Both the position numbers and the translations under genes were made by a program. Positions 24,459-32,000 of a stretch of 32,000 nucleotides of DNA are shown piece by piece. The stretch is from an uncultured Muribaculaceae bacterium (lineage in GTDB: Bacteria > Pseudomonadota > Alphaproteobacteria > Rs-D84). Each line of letters starts with the position of its first letter. The stretch's first letter is position 1. The notes beneath the pieces are model-generated. The model saw nothing but the letters and a program-made list of their open reading frames with translations, was not told the DNA's origin and did not search any database. Where the stretch lies: the NCBI GenBank assembly GCA_965231035.1, contig OZ246409.1:29001-61000 (forward strand), in the 5' to 3' direction.

Positions 24459-26228
24459 ATGAAAAATTTGCCAAAAAATCTTAAAAAGTTCCTTTGGAAG
24501 TACGGATTTAAACCTTACAGGATGGTTGTTTCCTTGTGGGTTGTTATTTCTATTATTTATGGCTTTTTTAACGGGGTTTTGACTCCGCTTCTGAACAAAT
24601 GGTTTGTTGCGTTGTTTGAAAAATCACTGCCTGCTGGCACAGATTTTGTTTCTTTTGCGATTCCAACAATAATTACAATAACAGCTATACTTATAACCCA
24701 GACCATCTTGGGTACTTTGCGTAATGTGACATTCGCCCATTGGACGCCCAAGGTCAGGAACAATATGTCCCAGGCAATGACAGACTATGTAAATGGTCAA
24801 TCTATGCGTTTTTATATCAAAAGAATGCCTGGAAAGATAAATTCTCAGATAAACTATGTGGTCAACAGCTTTAACGTCGTTGACGATATGATAAAGATAT
24901 TCGTTATCGTACTGGTTGTATTATTTAATATCGGTATGATATTAAATATCGATAAATGGGTTGCGATACTTTTGGGTGTGGCGTTTTTGTTGCGTTTTAT
25001 GTATGGGGTTTCCAGAATAAGGCCTATGAATGTAGCGTCCAAGGTTGCCTCGGAGTCTTCATCTGTTTTGTCAGGTAAAATTGTGGACAGCATATCTAAT
25101 TTTTCCATAGTAAAACTGTTTTCTGGTTCAAAAATAGAGAAAAGCTATATGGAACCTGTTCGCACCAAGGTTATAAGGGATTCTATACATTCCAGCTTTA
25201 TGCAGCGCTTATTCTGGGTTCCACAAGTGTTTTTGTGGGATATTATGTTTGGAATCACGATGTTTTTATGTGCCAAGTTGTATATGTCAGGGCATATAAA
25301 GGTTTCTGAAATCGTGTTCACTGTTTCTATTTATACGACTGTTATGGAATACATAGATGGAATGGTCGAGCAAATTCCGAATTTGGTTGATGTTAAGGCT
25401 TCAGCGCAACAGGCATACGAAGAACTGATAGAGCCTATCGAGATTCGTGATTCTCATAATGCCACAGATTTACATATTAAAAAAGGTGTCATAGAAATAA
25501 GGAATGTTTCATTCAGTTATGGCAAAAGAAAGGTTTTAGACGATTTATCACTGATAATAAAGCCTGGTGAAAAAGTTGGTATTGTAGGGTCGTCAGGTGC
25601 CGGTAAAACGACCATAGTTAATCTGTTGATGCGTTTTTATGACCCTTCCAGAGGTGCTATATTTATCGATGGGCAAAACATAAAAAAGGTAAAACAGGAC
25701 TCTTTAAGGAATAATATAACATTTATCCCCCAAGAACCATCATTGTTTAACAGAACTCTGTTTGAAAATATTGCCTATGGCAAGCACAATGCTACATTGA
25801 AAGAGGTTCGTTGTGCTGCAAAACAGGCCATAGCAGACGATTTTATAATGAAGACATCTAAAAAATACGAAAGTATGGTCGGTGATCGTGGCACCAGGTT
25901 ATCTGGCGGGCAAAGGCAACGTGTTGTTATTGCCAGGGCTTTCTTGAAAAATGCGCCAATTTTGATGTTGGACGAAGCAACCAGTGCGCTGGACTCTGAA
26001 ACCGAGGCCGTTATCCAAAAATCCTTTGAAGAATTGTCCAAAGGTCGCACAACAATAGCAATTGCACACCGACTGTCTACATTGCGTAACATGGATAGAA
26101 TTATCGTTCTGGACAAGGGTAAAATAGCAGAAAGCGGCAAGCATAGTTCTTTGATTAAAAAGAGAAAGGGGATATATGCAAAGTTGTGGAAAATGCAAAG
26201 CGGTGGATTTATAAAAGAAAAACAGTAA
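24459..26228 (+). CDS. ABC transporter, fused permease/ATPase (MsbA-like exporter family)
   Basis: Six-transmembrane N-terminal half. Walker A GSSGAGKTT, signature LSGGQRQR, Walker B ILMLDEATSALD and H-loop IAHRL. The ATG at 24459 follows GGGGG by 8 nt. Confidence 0.9.
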   Translation: MKNLPKNLKKFLWKYGFKPYRMVVSLWVVISIIYGFFNGVLTPLLNKWFVALFEKSLPAGTDFVSFAIPTIITITAILITQTILGTLRNVTFAHWTPKVRNNMSQAMTDYVNGQSMRFYIKRMPGKINSQINYVVNSFNVVDDMIKIFVIVLVVLFNIGMILNIDKWVAILLGVAFLLRFMYGVSRIRPMNVASKVASESSSVLSGKIVDSISNFSIVKLFSGSKIEKSYMEPVRTKVIRDSIHSSFMQRLFWVPQVFLWDIMFGITMFLCAKLYMSGHIKVSEIVFTVSIYTTVMEYIDGMVEQIPNLVDVKASAQQAYEELIEPIEIRDSHNATDLHIKKGVIEIRNVSFSYGKRKVLDDLSLIIKPGEKVGIVGSSGAGKTTIVNLLMRFYDPSRGAIFIDGQNIKKVKQDSLRNNITFIPQEPSLFNRTLFENIAYGKHNATLKEVRCAAKQAIADDFIMKTSKKYESMVGDRGTRLSGGQRQRVVIARAFLKNAPILMLDEATSALDSETEAVIQKSFEELSKGRTTIAIAHRLSTLRNMDRIIVLDKGKIAESGKHSSLIKKRKGIYAKLWKMQSGGFIKEKQ

Positions 26229-26372
26229 TATCCACAGGTTATAATTCAAAAAAACCATGTATTTGCATAGGCTTTGTTATTTTCTTGCTTTGTATAAAAA
26301 TATACGTCACAATACTAGCAGGTTCTTGTAAATTCATAAGAACCGTAACAAGCATAACAAAGGATTAAGATT

Positions 26373-26729
26373 ATGCGTCAAGGTAAAGTGAAGTGGTACA
26401 ACGGTAAAAAGTGTTTCGGATTTATTACTCCGGATTCTGCCAATGAAACCGGAAACAAAGAGGATGTATTTGTTCATTCCAGCTCATTAAAAGCTGCTGA
26501 TATCAGATTCTTGAACGAAAACGACATCGTAGAATTTGAAGAAGAAGTTCGTAATGGCAAATTGTCTGTCACAACATTGAAATTGATCAAACGTGACGAG
26601 GAATCTGCAAAGAAATTCCAAGAACGTCGTTCTGAATTTCATGGAAATCGCGGTGATCGTAACAATGATCGTGGCGACAGACGTGAAGATCGTGGCGAAC
26701 GTCGCGGTTTTGCTTTCTGGAAAAAGTAA
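26373..26729 (+). CDS. Cold-shock domain protein with a charged Arg/Asp/Gly-rich C-terminal tail
   Basis: CSD with RNP1-like KCFGFI and RNP2-like VFVHS. The tail reads HGNRGDRNNDRGDRREDRGERRGFAFWKK. Confidence 0.85.
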   Translation: MRQGKVKWYNGKKCFGFITPDSANETGNKEDVFVHSSSLKAADIRFLNENDIVEFEEEVRNGKLSVTTLKLIKRDEESAKKFQERRSEFHGNRGDRNNDRGDRREDRGERRGFAFWKK

Positions 26730-26730
26730 T

Positions 26731-26756
26731 AAAATCCCGCGTCTGCGGGATTTTTA
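26731..26756 (+). terminator. Rho-independent terminator
   Basis: Hairpin AAAATCCCGC-GTCT-GCGGGATTTTT. Confidence 0.6.
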
Positions 26757-26861
26757 ATTTTTATATCTTGTAAAAAATAGTTTTTTAACTACATGCTTGT
26801 TGTGTTTGCATTTAAATTTTTTTAGATGTAATATTATGCACATAAATGAAAGGAGTTCCAA

Positions 26862-27404
26862 ATGTGGACAGCTATTGCGATTGTCGCAGTGATTTTATTG
26901 TATTTTGTTTCGGTTTATAATGGATTGATTGCTCGTAAAACCCAGACGCGTGAAGCATGGGCGACTGTGGATACACAATTAAAACGCAGGTACGATTTAA
27001 TACCGAATTTGGTTAACACAGTCAAGGGTGCAACCAAACACGAAAGCAAAACACTGGAAGCGGTTATATCCGCCAGAAACAGTGCCATTTCTGCAACTGG
27101 TGCCGAAGGTAAGGCGGTTGCTGAAAACCAATTGACAGGTGCTCTGAAAAGTATTTTTGCATTGGCGGAAAGCTATCCAACATTACGTGCAAACGAAAAC
27201 TTTTTGGATTTACAACGCGAATTAACCGATACTGAAACCAAGATTCAGGCTGCGCGTCAGTTTTATAATACAGTTGTTATGGGTTTGAACACAGCGGTTC
27301 AACAGTTCCCAACAAATCTGATTGCGAATATGTTCAAGATTGGTACGGAAAAATTCTTTGAAATTGCAGAATCAGAAAAAACTGCCCCCAAAGTTGAATT
27401 TTAA
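26862..27404 (+). CDS. lemA: LemA family protein
   Basis: N-terminal transmembrane segment, then YN.LI......EAW..VD.QLKRRYDLIPNLV..VKG...HE...L..V..AR and ..YP.L.AN.NF..LQ.EL...E..I..AR..YN. Confidence 0.85.
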   Translation: MWTAIAIVAVILLYFVSVYNGLIARKTQTREAWATVDTQLKRRYDLIPNLVNTVKGATKHESKTLEAVISARNSAISATGAEGKAVAENQLTGALKSIFALAESYPTLRANENFLDLQRELTDTETKIQAARQFYNTVVMGLNTAVQQFPTNLIANMFKIGTEKFFEIAESEKTAPKVEF

Positions 27405-27408
27405 AATA

Positions 27409-27434
27409 AGAAACCGCTGAATGGCGGTTTTTTA
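27409..27434. terminator. Bidirectional rho-independent terminator
   Basis: Hairpin AAACCGCT-GAAT-GGCGGTTTTTT between convergent lemA and the xer gene. Confidence 0.55.
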
Positions 27435-28343
27435 TTTATTTGCCCTGGGGTGGGCATGGGTGTAAATATTGCTGATTTCTGACATATTTACCTTGGTGTA
27501 CAATTGTGTTGTTGACAGTGATGAATGCCCCAGTAATTCCTGCAATGTTCGAAGGTCTGCACCGTCTGCTAATAAGGCTGTTGCAAAAGTATGTCGTAAA
27601 GCATGTGGTGTTACATAATCCGGCAACTGTAAATAGTGACGGATTTTTTCAATGACTTTTTCTGCCATTCGTGGCGACATAGGCAATCCGCGAATGCTGC
27701 GAAAAACAGTATCATTTCCATCGTGTCCAAACGGTCTTATTGCAATATATTTTTGTATTGCATCATTAACAGCTGGTAGAACAGGAACCAATCTTTCTTT
27801 GCTACCTTTACCAAGTATTCGCAAAACACTGGGACGGTTTTTAATTTCAAAATTAGTCAGCCCAAGTGCTTCTGAAATACGAAGTCCACATCCAAAAATC
27901 AAAACCACCAATGCCCAATCGCGTGCTGCAATCCATGGTTCGTCTGCATCCAGATCTTTGATTGCATCTTGCATATTTTCGACGTCTGATGCTTCAATTG
28001 CTTTGGATAGTTTTCTAGGAACCTTTGGGCTGCTGATTAAACCAATTGCATCATTTTTAACATTGTGTGATTTGCCCAAAAATTTATAAAAACTGCGAAC
28101 CGAAGATAATGCACGTGCAGTTGATTTATGTGCCAGTTCTCGTTTTTGCCTGTCTGCCAACCAAGAACGAAAGGCAAGCGTATCAATATCTGATAAATCG
28201 TTAACAAAGACATCCGCGCTGCGAAATTTCTCGTAGAAATTCACAAAGTCACGGATATCTTTTTCATAGGCAACAGTTGTCAACGCAGAATAATTTTTCG
28301 TGCGCAGTAAATAGTTTATAAATTCAGCAATTACTTCGTTCAT
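27432..28343 (-). CDS. xerC: Tyrosine recombinase, XerC/XerD family (XerC-like)
   Basis: GLRISEALGL, R..GKG.KER.VP, HALRHTFAT.LL..GADLR..QELLGHSSLSTTQLYT and C-terminal HPRA. Assignment to XerC rather than XerD is tentative. Confidence 0.8.
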   Translation of the reverse strand: MNEVIAEFINYLLRTKNYSALTTVAYEKDIRDFVNFYEKFRSADVFVNDLSDIDTLAFRSWLADRQKRELAHKSTARALSSVRSFYKFLGKSHNVKNDAIGLISSPKVPRKLSKAIEASDVENMQDAIKDLDADEPWIAARDWALVVLIFGCGLRISEALGLTNFEIKNRPSVLRILGKGSKERLVPVLPAVNDAIQKYIAIRPFGHDGNDTVFRSIRGLPMSPRMAEKVIEKIRHYLQLPDYVTPHALRHTFATALLADGADLRTLQELLGHSSLSTTQLYTKVNMSEISNIYTHAHPRANK

Positions 28344-29080
28344 TTAACTTCGAATATGGTGCCAACACCAACAGAAATTTCTGTATCTTTGGAAACTAAA
28401 CCGCTACCGATTGATGCAGATTCAGCCTTGGCACTTAAAAAGTTCATAGGTCTGATATCGCTGTCCGATTGGGTTGTAATATATTGTGCAGAAATCATTT
28501 TTCCAACTTTTCTGCCTTCGGATTTTGCAATCGCATTTGCGCGTTCACGTGCATTTTCAACTGCTGTACCCAAACACTTTTCCATAATTGGTTTCATTGC
28601 TTCGGCACTGGTGAACATATGCAGGTTTTCTGAATACACATCTTTCATTCCGCCAAACTTGGTCAATACTGCCTGGATAGTTTCTATACTTTTTGCGGAA
28701 ACTTCAATTGAAATAGTCGTTTCAATTCCCAAGCTGATTGATTTTTGAGTGGTGTTATCCCATTCTGTTTTTTCATAAGAATCAAAACGTGTCGTCTGCA
28801 TTTCAACATCTTGGGTTTTCAAGAAATCCGTTATTTCTGCAATTTTTGCAGATGCATTTTTCATAGAAACTGCGGCATTTTTATCCAGTGTTTGAACGCG
28901 CAATGTGATTGCGGTTCTATCCTTTGGGGCAGATGTCAAACATTCCCCAGAAACAGAAATAGTGCGTTCTGAGTGTGTTTTAACAATATGTTCAAAGCCC
29001 AAAGTTAATACAGCCGCCGCACCAACAACTGATGCAATCCATACCAGATTCTTTTTTGTTTTTTCTGTTAACTTTTTCAT
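28340..29080 (-). CDS. SIMPL domain (DUF541, BP26/OMP28-like) periplasmic protein
   Basis: N-terminal transmembrane/signal segment. The size and layout (..ISVSGE....PD.A.......) are typical of SIMPL/BP26. Its stop overlaps the xer start (ATGA). Confidence 0.7.
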   Translation of the reverse strand: MKKLTEKTKKNLVWIASVVGAAAVLTLGFEHIVKTHSERTISVSGECLTSAPKDRTAITLRVQTLDKNAAVSMKNASAKIAEITDFLKTQDVEMQTTRFDSYEKTEWDNTTQKSISLGIETTISIEVSAKSIETIQAVLTKFGGMKDVYSENLHMFTSAEAMKPIMEKCLGTAVENARERANAIAKSEGRKVGKMISAQYITTQSDSDIRPMNFLSAKAESASIGSGLVSKDTEISVGVGTIFEVK

Positions 29081-29101
29081 AATTCTCTCCTGATTTTATT
29101 T

Positions 29102-30148
29102 CTAGTTAAAATAATTCAATTTCATTGCGCGTTTAACACGTTCTGTTGTTTTTGCAGCAACACGACGTGCGGCAGCTGAACCCTCACGCAGCATTTGCAT
29201 GATATATTCTGGATTTTTTTCGAACATATGTCTGCGTTCACGAATTGGACGCAAAGTTTCTTGTAAAACTTCGTTCAAGAATTTTTTAACCTTAACATCA
29301 CCCAATCCACCACGTTCATAATGTGCAGCCAGTTCGGCATAGTTTTTATAATCCGGCATAAATTTTGCAAAGTGTTCAGGTTTTGCAAAAACAGACAAAT
29401 AAATAAATACTGGATTATCTGTTGTATTACCTGGATCTTCGACACGCAAATGATTTGGGTCTGTGAACATAGTTTTTACTTTTGCAGAAATTGTTTTTTC
29501 GTCATCGCATAAATAAATTGCATTGTTCAAAGATTTTCCCATTTTCGAATTTCCATCAATGCCGGGCAGGCGGGCTGCAACCGCACTTTCAGGAACCATC
29601 GCATTTGGCATAGTCAAAGTTTCGCCATAAAGCGAATTAAACTTATGAACTATTTCACGTGTTTGTTCAATCATAGGTAATTGATCTTCGCCGACGGGCA
29701 CAACAGTTGCGTTGAATGCAGTAATATCAGCCGCCTGGGAAATTGGGTATGTAAGAAATCCGACAGGTATCCCGTCTTTGAATTTTTCTTTTTGTTCAAT
29801 TTCAGTTTTGACTGTTGGGTTTCTTTGCAGACGTGCGACAGTTACCAGATTGCTGTAGAAAAAAGTCAGCTCTGTCAGCTCTGGAATCTGGGACTGGATA
29901 AAGATTGTAGATTTATTTGGGTCCAATCCAACAGCCAGATAATCCAAAGCAACATTTAAAACATTGTCGCGAACCTTTTCAGGTGTATCGAAATTATCAG
30001 TTAATCCCTGGGCATCGGCAATCATTATGAAAGTTTCATACTGATCGCTGTTTTGCAGTTCTACACGTTTTTTTAGGCTGCCGACATAGTGTCCTATATG
30101 CAGGTTTCCGGTTGGTCTGTCACCAGTTAAAATAATATTTTTTGACAT
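29102..30148 (-). CDS. trpS: Tryptophanyl-tRNA synthetase
   Basis: HIGH motif ([12 protein letters not shown]), KMSKS variant (KMGKS), and QAADI and VPVGEDQ motifs. Confidence 0.95.
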   Translation of the reverse strand: MSKNIILTGDRPTGNLHIGHYVGSLKKRVELQNSDQYETFIMIADAQGLTDNFDTPEKVRDNVLNVALDYLAVGLDPNKSTIFIQSQIPELTELTFFYSNLVTVARLQRNPTVKTEIEQKEKFKDGIPVGFLTYPISQAADITAFNATVVPVGEDQLPMIEQTREIVHKFNSLYGETLTMPNAMVPESAVAARLPGIDGNSKMGKSLNNAIYLCDDEKTISAKVKTMFTDPNHLRVEDPGNTTDNPVFIYLSVFAKPEHFAKFMPDYKNYAELAAHYERGGLGDVKVKKFLNEVLQETLRPIRERRHMFEKNPEYIMQMLREGSAAARRVAAKTTERVKRAMKLNYFN

Positions 30149-30326
30149 TGTAAAATACCTTTACTTACTTGTTAAATTCTAAATTGTTTGTGTGAAAAAT
30201 GAAAGCGTAAAATTACGCATAAAAACAGTTAGGCGGCAATGCGCCAGGTAAAGGTTGAAAAAATACAATTTTTCTTTGTCATGGGGACTATTTTATCAAA
30301 TAAAATCACAAAGTCAAATTTGTAAT

Positions 30327-30353
30327 AAAAAACCGCACATTTCGTGCGGTTTG
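30327..30353 (-). terminator. Rho-independent terminator after rpsD
   Basis: Minus-strand hairpin AAACCGCAC-GAAAT-GTGCGGTTTTTT. Confidence 0.6.
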
Positions 30354-30371
30354 AATAATCCAAATTCACAA

Positions 30372-31004
30372 TTAACGAGAATAGAATTCAACAACTAATT
30401 CAGGTGACATTTGAACTTGGTATGGAACATCTTCAAACGATGGTATACGTACGAATTTTGCAACAAAATTTGCACTGTCTACGCTGACGTAATCTGTAAA
30501 GCCACGTTCTGGGGATTCCAAGGACAATACAACCAATGGCATCTGTTTTGCTTTTTCGCTGACTGTGATTTCATCACCAGGTTTTACCTGATAAGAAGCG
30601 ATTTTAATGCGTTTGCCGTTAATCAAAATATGACCATGGCTGACCAATTGACGTGCACTGAAAACGGTTGGTGCTAATTTTGCACGGTATACAACTGCGT
30701 CCAGACGACGTTCCAACAATCCAATCATATTTTGTGGGGTGTCACCTTTCATATTTGAAGCTTCCAGATAATAAGCGCGGAATTTCTTTTCGCCGATATT
30801 ACCATAGTAACCTTTCAAAGTCTGCTTGGCTTTCATCTGTTTTGCGTAATCGCTTGAATTTCCACCGCGTGCAGTTGGTCCATGCTGACCAGGTTTATAT
30901 TTACGTTTGTTAAATGGAGATTTAGCCTGACCCCACAGGTTCACGCCCAAACGACGGGCGATTTTTAATTTACGTGTGCTGCGTTTTGCACCAAGTCTTG
31001 CCAT
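30372..31004 (-). CDS. rpsD: 30S ribosomal protein S4
   Basis: [25 protein letters not shown].., with an S4 RNA-binding domain (LERRLD.VVYR...A.T...ARQLV.HGHI.ING.R..I.SY.VK.GD). Monocistronic arrangement. Confidence 0.95.
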   Translation of the reverse strand: MARLGAKRSTRKLKIARRLGVNLWGQAKSPFNKRKYKPGQHGPTARGGNSSDYAKQMKAKQTLKGYYGNIGEKKFRAYYLEASNMKGDTPQNMIGLLERRLDAVVYRAKLAPTVFSARQLVSHGHILINGKRIKIASYQVKPGDEITVSEKAKQMPLVVLSLESPERGFTDYVSVDSANFVAKFVRIPSFEDVPYQVQMSPELVVEFYSR

Positions 31005-31025
31005 AATTTAATCCTTTTGGTTTTG

Positions 31026-31287
31026 GGATAGTATCTGAAAAATATTTTTTGATTTGCGGCGTGGAAATTAAAGAAAGAACCAGGATTTTTGTGCAGAATG
31101 TAATTATACATTCAAGCGGAAATTCGCAGTTATTTGTTTAATTAACCGCCGTCCCTTTGGGATGCGGCTATAATCCCCCATCGCTTCGTCAGATCTTCTT
31201 GATGTATAACATACATCTTCGACGATCTTCCTTGTGCTGTGCGATTCTATCTCGCACAAATCAAATAATATTTTTCAGATACTATCC
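31026..31287. other. Hairpin-rich element closed by a perfect 20-bp long-range inverted repeat: a structured rpsD leader, an ncRNA, or a MITE-like element
   Basis: 31026-31045 (GGATAGTATCTGAAAAATAT) is the exact reverse complement of 31268-31287. It encloses four local hairpins with 7-8 bp stems: 31096-31113, 31146-31167, 31201-31217 and 31238-31258. The region is visibly more GC-rich than the surrounding intergenic DNA. Confidence 0.45.
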
Positions 31288-31375
31288 GTGGTGCCGGACA
31301 TTTTGCAGAATCCTTATCTCTCATGAGACCAAAATGCATCATGGATTATTCAGTTCTGGCTATCCAGCAGGGCAC

Positions 31376-31404
31376 AGTTTATACGGATTTTTCTCAAAAA
31401 TCAA
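31376..31404 (-). promoter_or_regulatory. Candidate sigma70 promoter reading toward the structured element and rpsD
   Basis: On the minus strand: TTGATT (31404-31399), a 17-nt spacer, then TAAACT (31381-31376). Confidence 0.35.
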
Positions 31405-31459
31405 GCTTTTTATTAATTTAAATTTGTGTTAAACTTAAACAAGGTGGTGGTTTAAAGCT

Positions 31460-32000
31460 TTGATTAAAAAATTAACTATTTTTATAGCGTTTTTGTCACT
31501 GGCTTTTTCCGGCAATAATTTGTATGCAGATCAACAAATTCAACAGTTTGAATGTGACAGCAAAACAATGTTTTTATTGGGCACAATTGTAAAAAATAAT
31601 ATCGGAGACGATGAAATTAGAAAAATGGTTCTTGAAATACAAGATTATTGCAAATCGGATGATCGTACATTATCAGGATTTACAGAAAGAAAGTCAAAAT
31701 TGGAAAAGATGATTGATGATTACAATGCCAATAAATCAAATCAAAAAGAGCATGGAAAAACAGAAGTTCCAGATTCAATACAGCCATTGAAAGCCAAACC
31801 AATAGAGTATAATAATTTGAAACCAGAATTAATTTCCAACGTAGAAATGTTAAAAAAATTAAATACAGAAACTGAACGAAAATCATCAGAAAATTTGACC
31901 GAATTGGAACCACTAAAAGCTAAACCACTGGAATATAAAGGTTCAAAACCAGAATTAATTTCCAACGTAGAAATGTTAAAAAAATTAAATACAGAAACTG
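31460..32000 (+). CDS. Secreted tandem-repeat protein, 3' end outside the window
   Basis: TTG start 12 nt after AGGTGG. Signal peptide (L)IKKLTIFIAFLSLAFSGNNLYA. The frame is open to the window end, so the ORF is absent from the supplied track. It contains 42-aa repeats PLKAKP.EY...KPELISNVEMLKKLNTET. Confidence 0.6.
   Translation, partial: MIKKLTIFIAFLSLAFSGNNLYADQQIQQFECDSKTMFLLGTIVKNNIGDDEIRKMVLEIQDYCKSDDRTLSGFTERKSKLEKMIDDYNANKSNQKEHGKTEVPDSIQPLKAKPIEYNNLKPELISNVEMLKKLNTETERKSSENLTELEPLKAKPLEYKGSKPELISNVEMLKKLNTET
31784..32000 (+). repeat. Tandem repeat with 126-nt period, at least 1.7 copies, continuing past the window edge
   Basis: Unit starts lie at 31784 and 31910. The ~55-nt core AAACCAGAATTAATTTCCAACGTAGAAATGTTAAAAAAATTAAATACAGAAACTG is identical in both copies. 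Confidence 0.85.

Noticed and set aside
27432-28343. Tyrosine recombinase as the integrase of a genomic island
   Set aside because: Its sequence and length fit housekeeping XerC/XerD (..LLGHSSLSTTQLYT..HPRA). It is translationally coupled (ATGA overlap) to a conserved SIMPL gene, it is not adjacent to a tRNA, and it is surrounded by core genes.
31157-31432. 91-aa ORF on the + strand in the rpsD upstream region
   Set aside because: It runs through the palindrome-rich structured element, has no Shine-Dalgarno sequence, and has Cys/Arg/Ser-rich composition typical of a chance ORF in structured, GC-richer DNA.
31026-31440. tmRNA, SRP RNA, RNase P RNA or 6S RNA as the identity of the structured intergenic region
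   Set aside because: I found no tRNA-like T-arm (GGTTCGAATCC-type) and no acceptor stem with G3:U70. I saw no SRP motif (GGTCCGGAAGGAAGCAGCC-like) and no RNase P P4 motifs (GAGGAAAGTCC and ACAGAACCCGGCTTA). At about 260 nt it is also longer than a typical 6S RNA. It cannot be assigned to a known RNA family by eye.

Overview
AT-rich Gram-negative chromosomal segment. The gene content (stand-alone rpsD, bamD, rlpA, murJ, a BP26/SIMPL protein, queA and tgt) suggests a host-associated alphaproteobacterium; this is inference only. Most of the window is housekeeping: M23 peptidase (partial), ogt, htpX, an Smr protein, rlpA, murJ, bamD, era, queA, an M16 peptidase, tgt, lysS, an MsbA-like ABC exporter, a cold-shock protein, lemA, a Xer recombinase, a SIMPL protein, trpS and rpsD. 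It also holds tRNA-Arg(ACG), tRNA-Gly(GCC) and many hairpin terminators. Between these lie visibly AT-richer orphan genes: a BspA/DUF285 repeat surface protein with a small upstream partner, an orphan radical SAM enzyme, a MazG-like/dCMP-deaminase fusion, an HExxH protein plus a membrane protein, a 786-aa primase-like (AEP+PriCT) protein beside tRNA-Gly, and a divergent RelA/SpoT-like protein after lysS. The most unusual observation is queA carrying about 180 extra in-frame codons. They encode a complete DUF559/Vsr-like endonuclease domain bracketed by 25-nt G/C-rich palindromic inverted repeats, which looks like a selfish cassette translated inside a host enzyme. Other notable points: tdk is frameshifted at an A8 run, a roughly 260-nt hairpin-rich element closed by a perfect 20-bp long-range inverted repeat lies upstream of rpsD, several terminators share one stem sequence, and some promoters abut their start codons. 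All functional calls come from motif recognition by eye; no searches were run.
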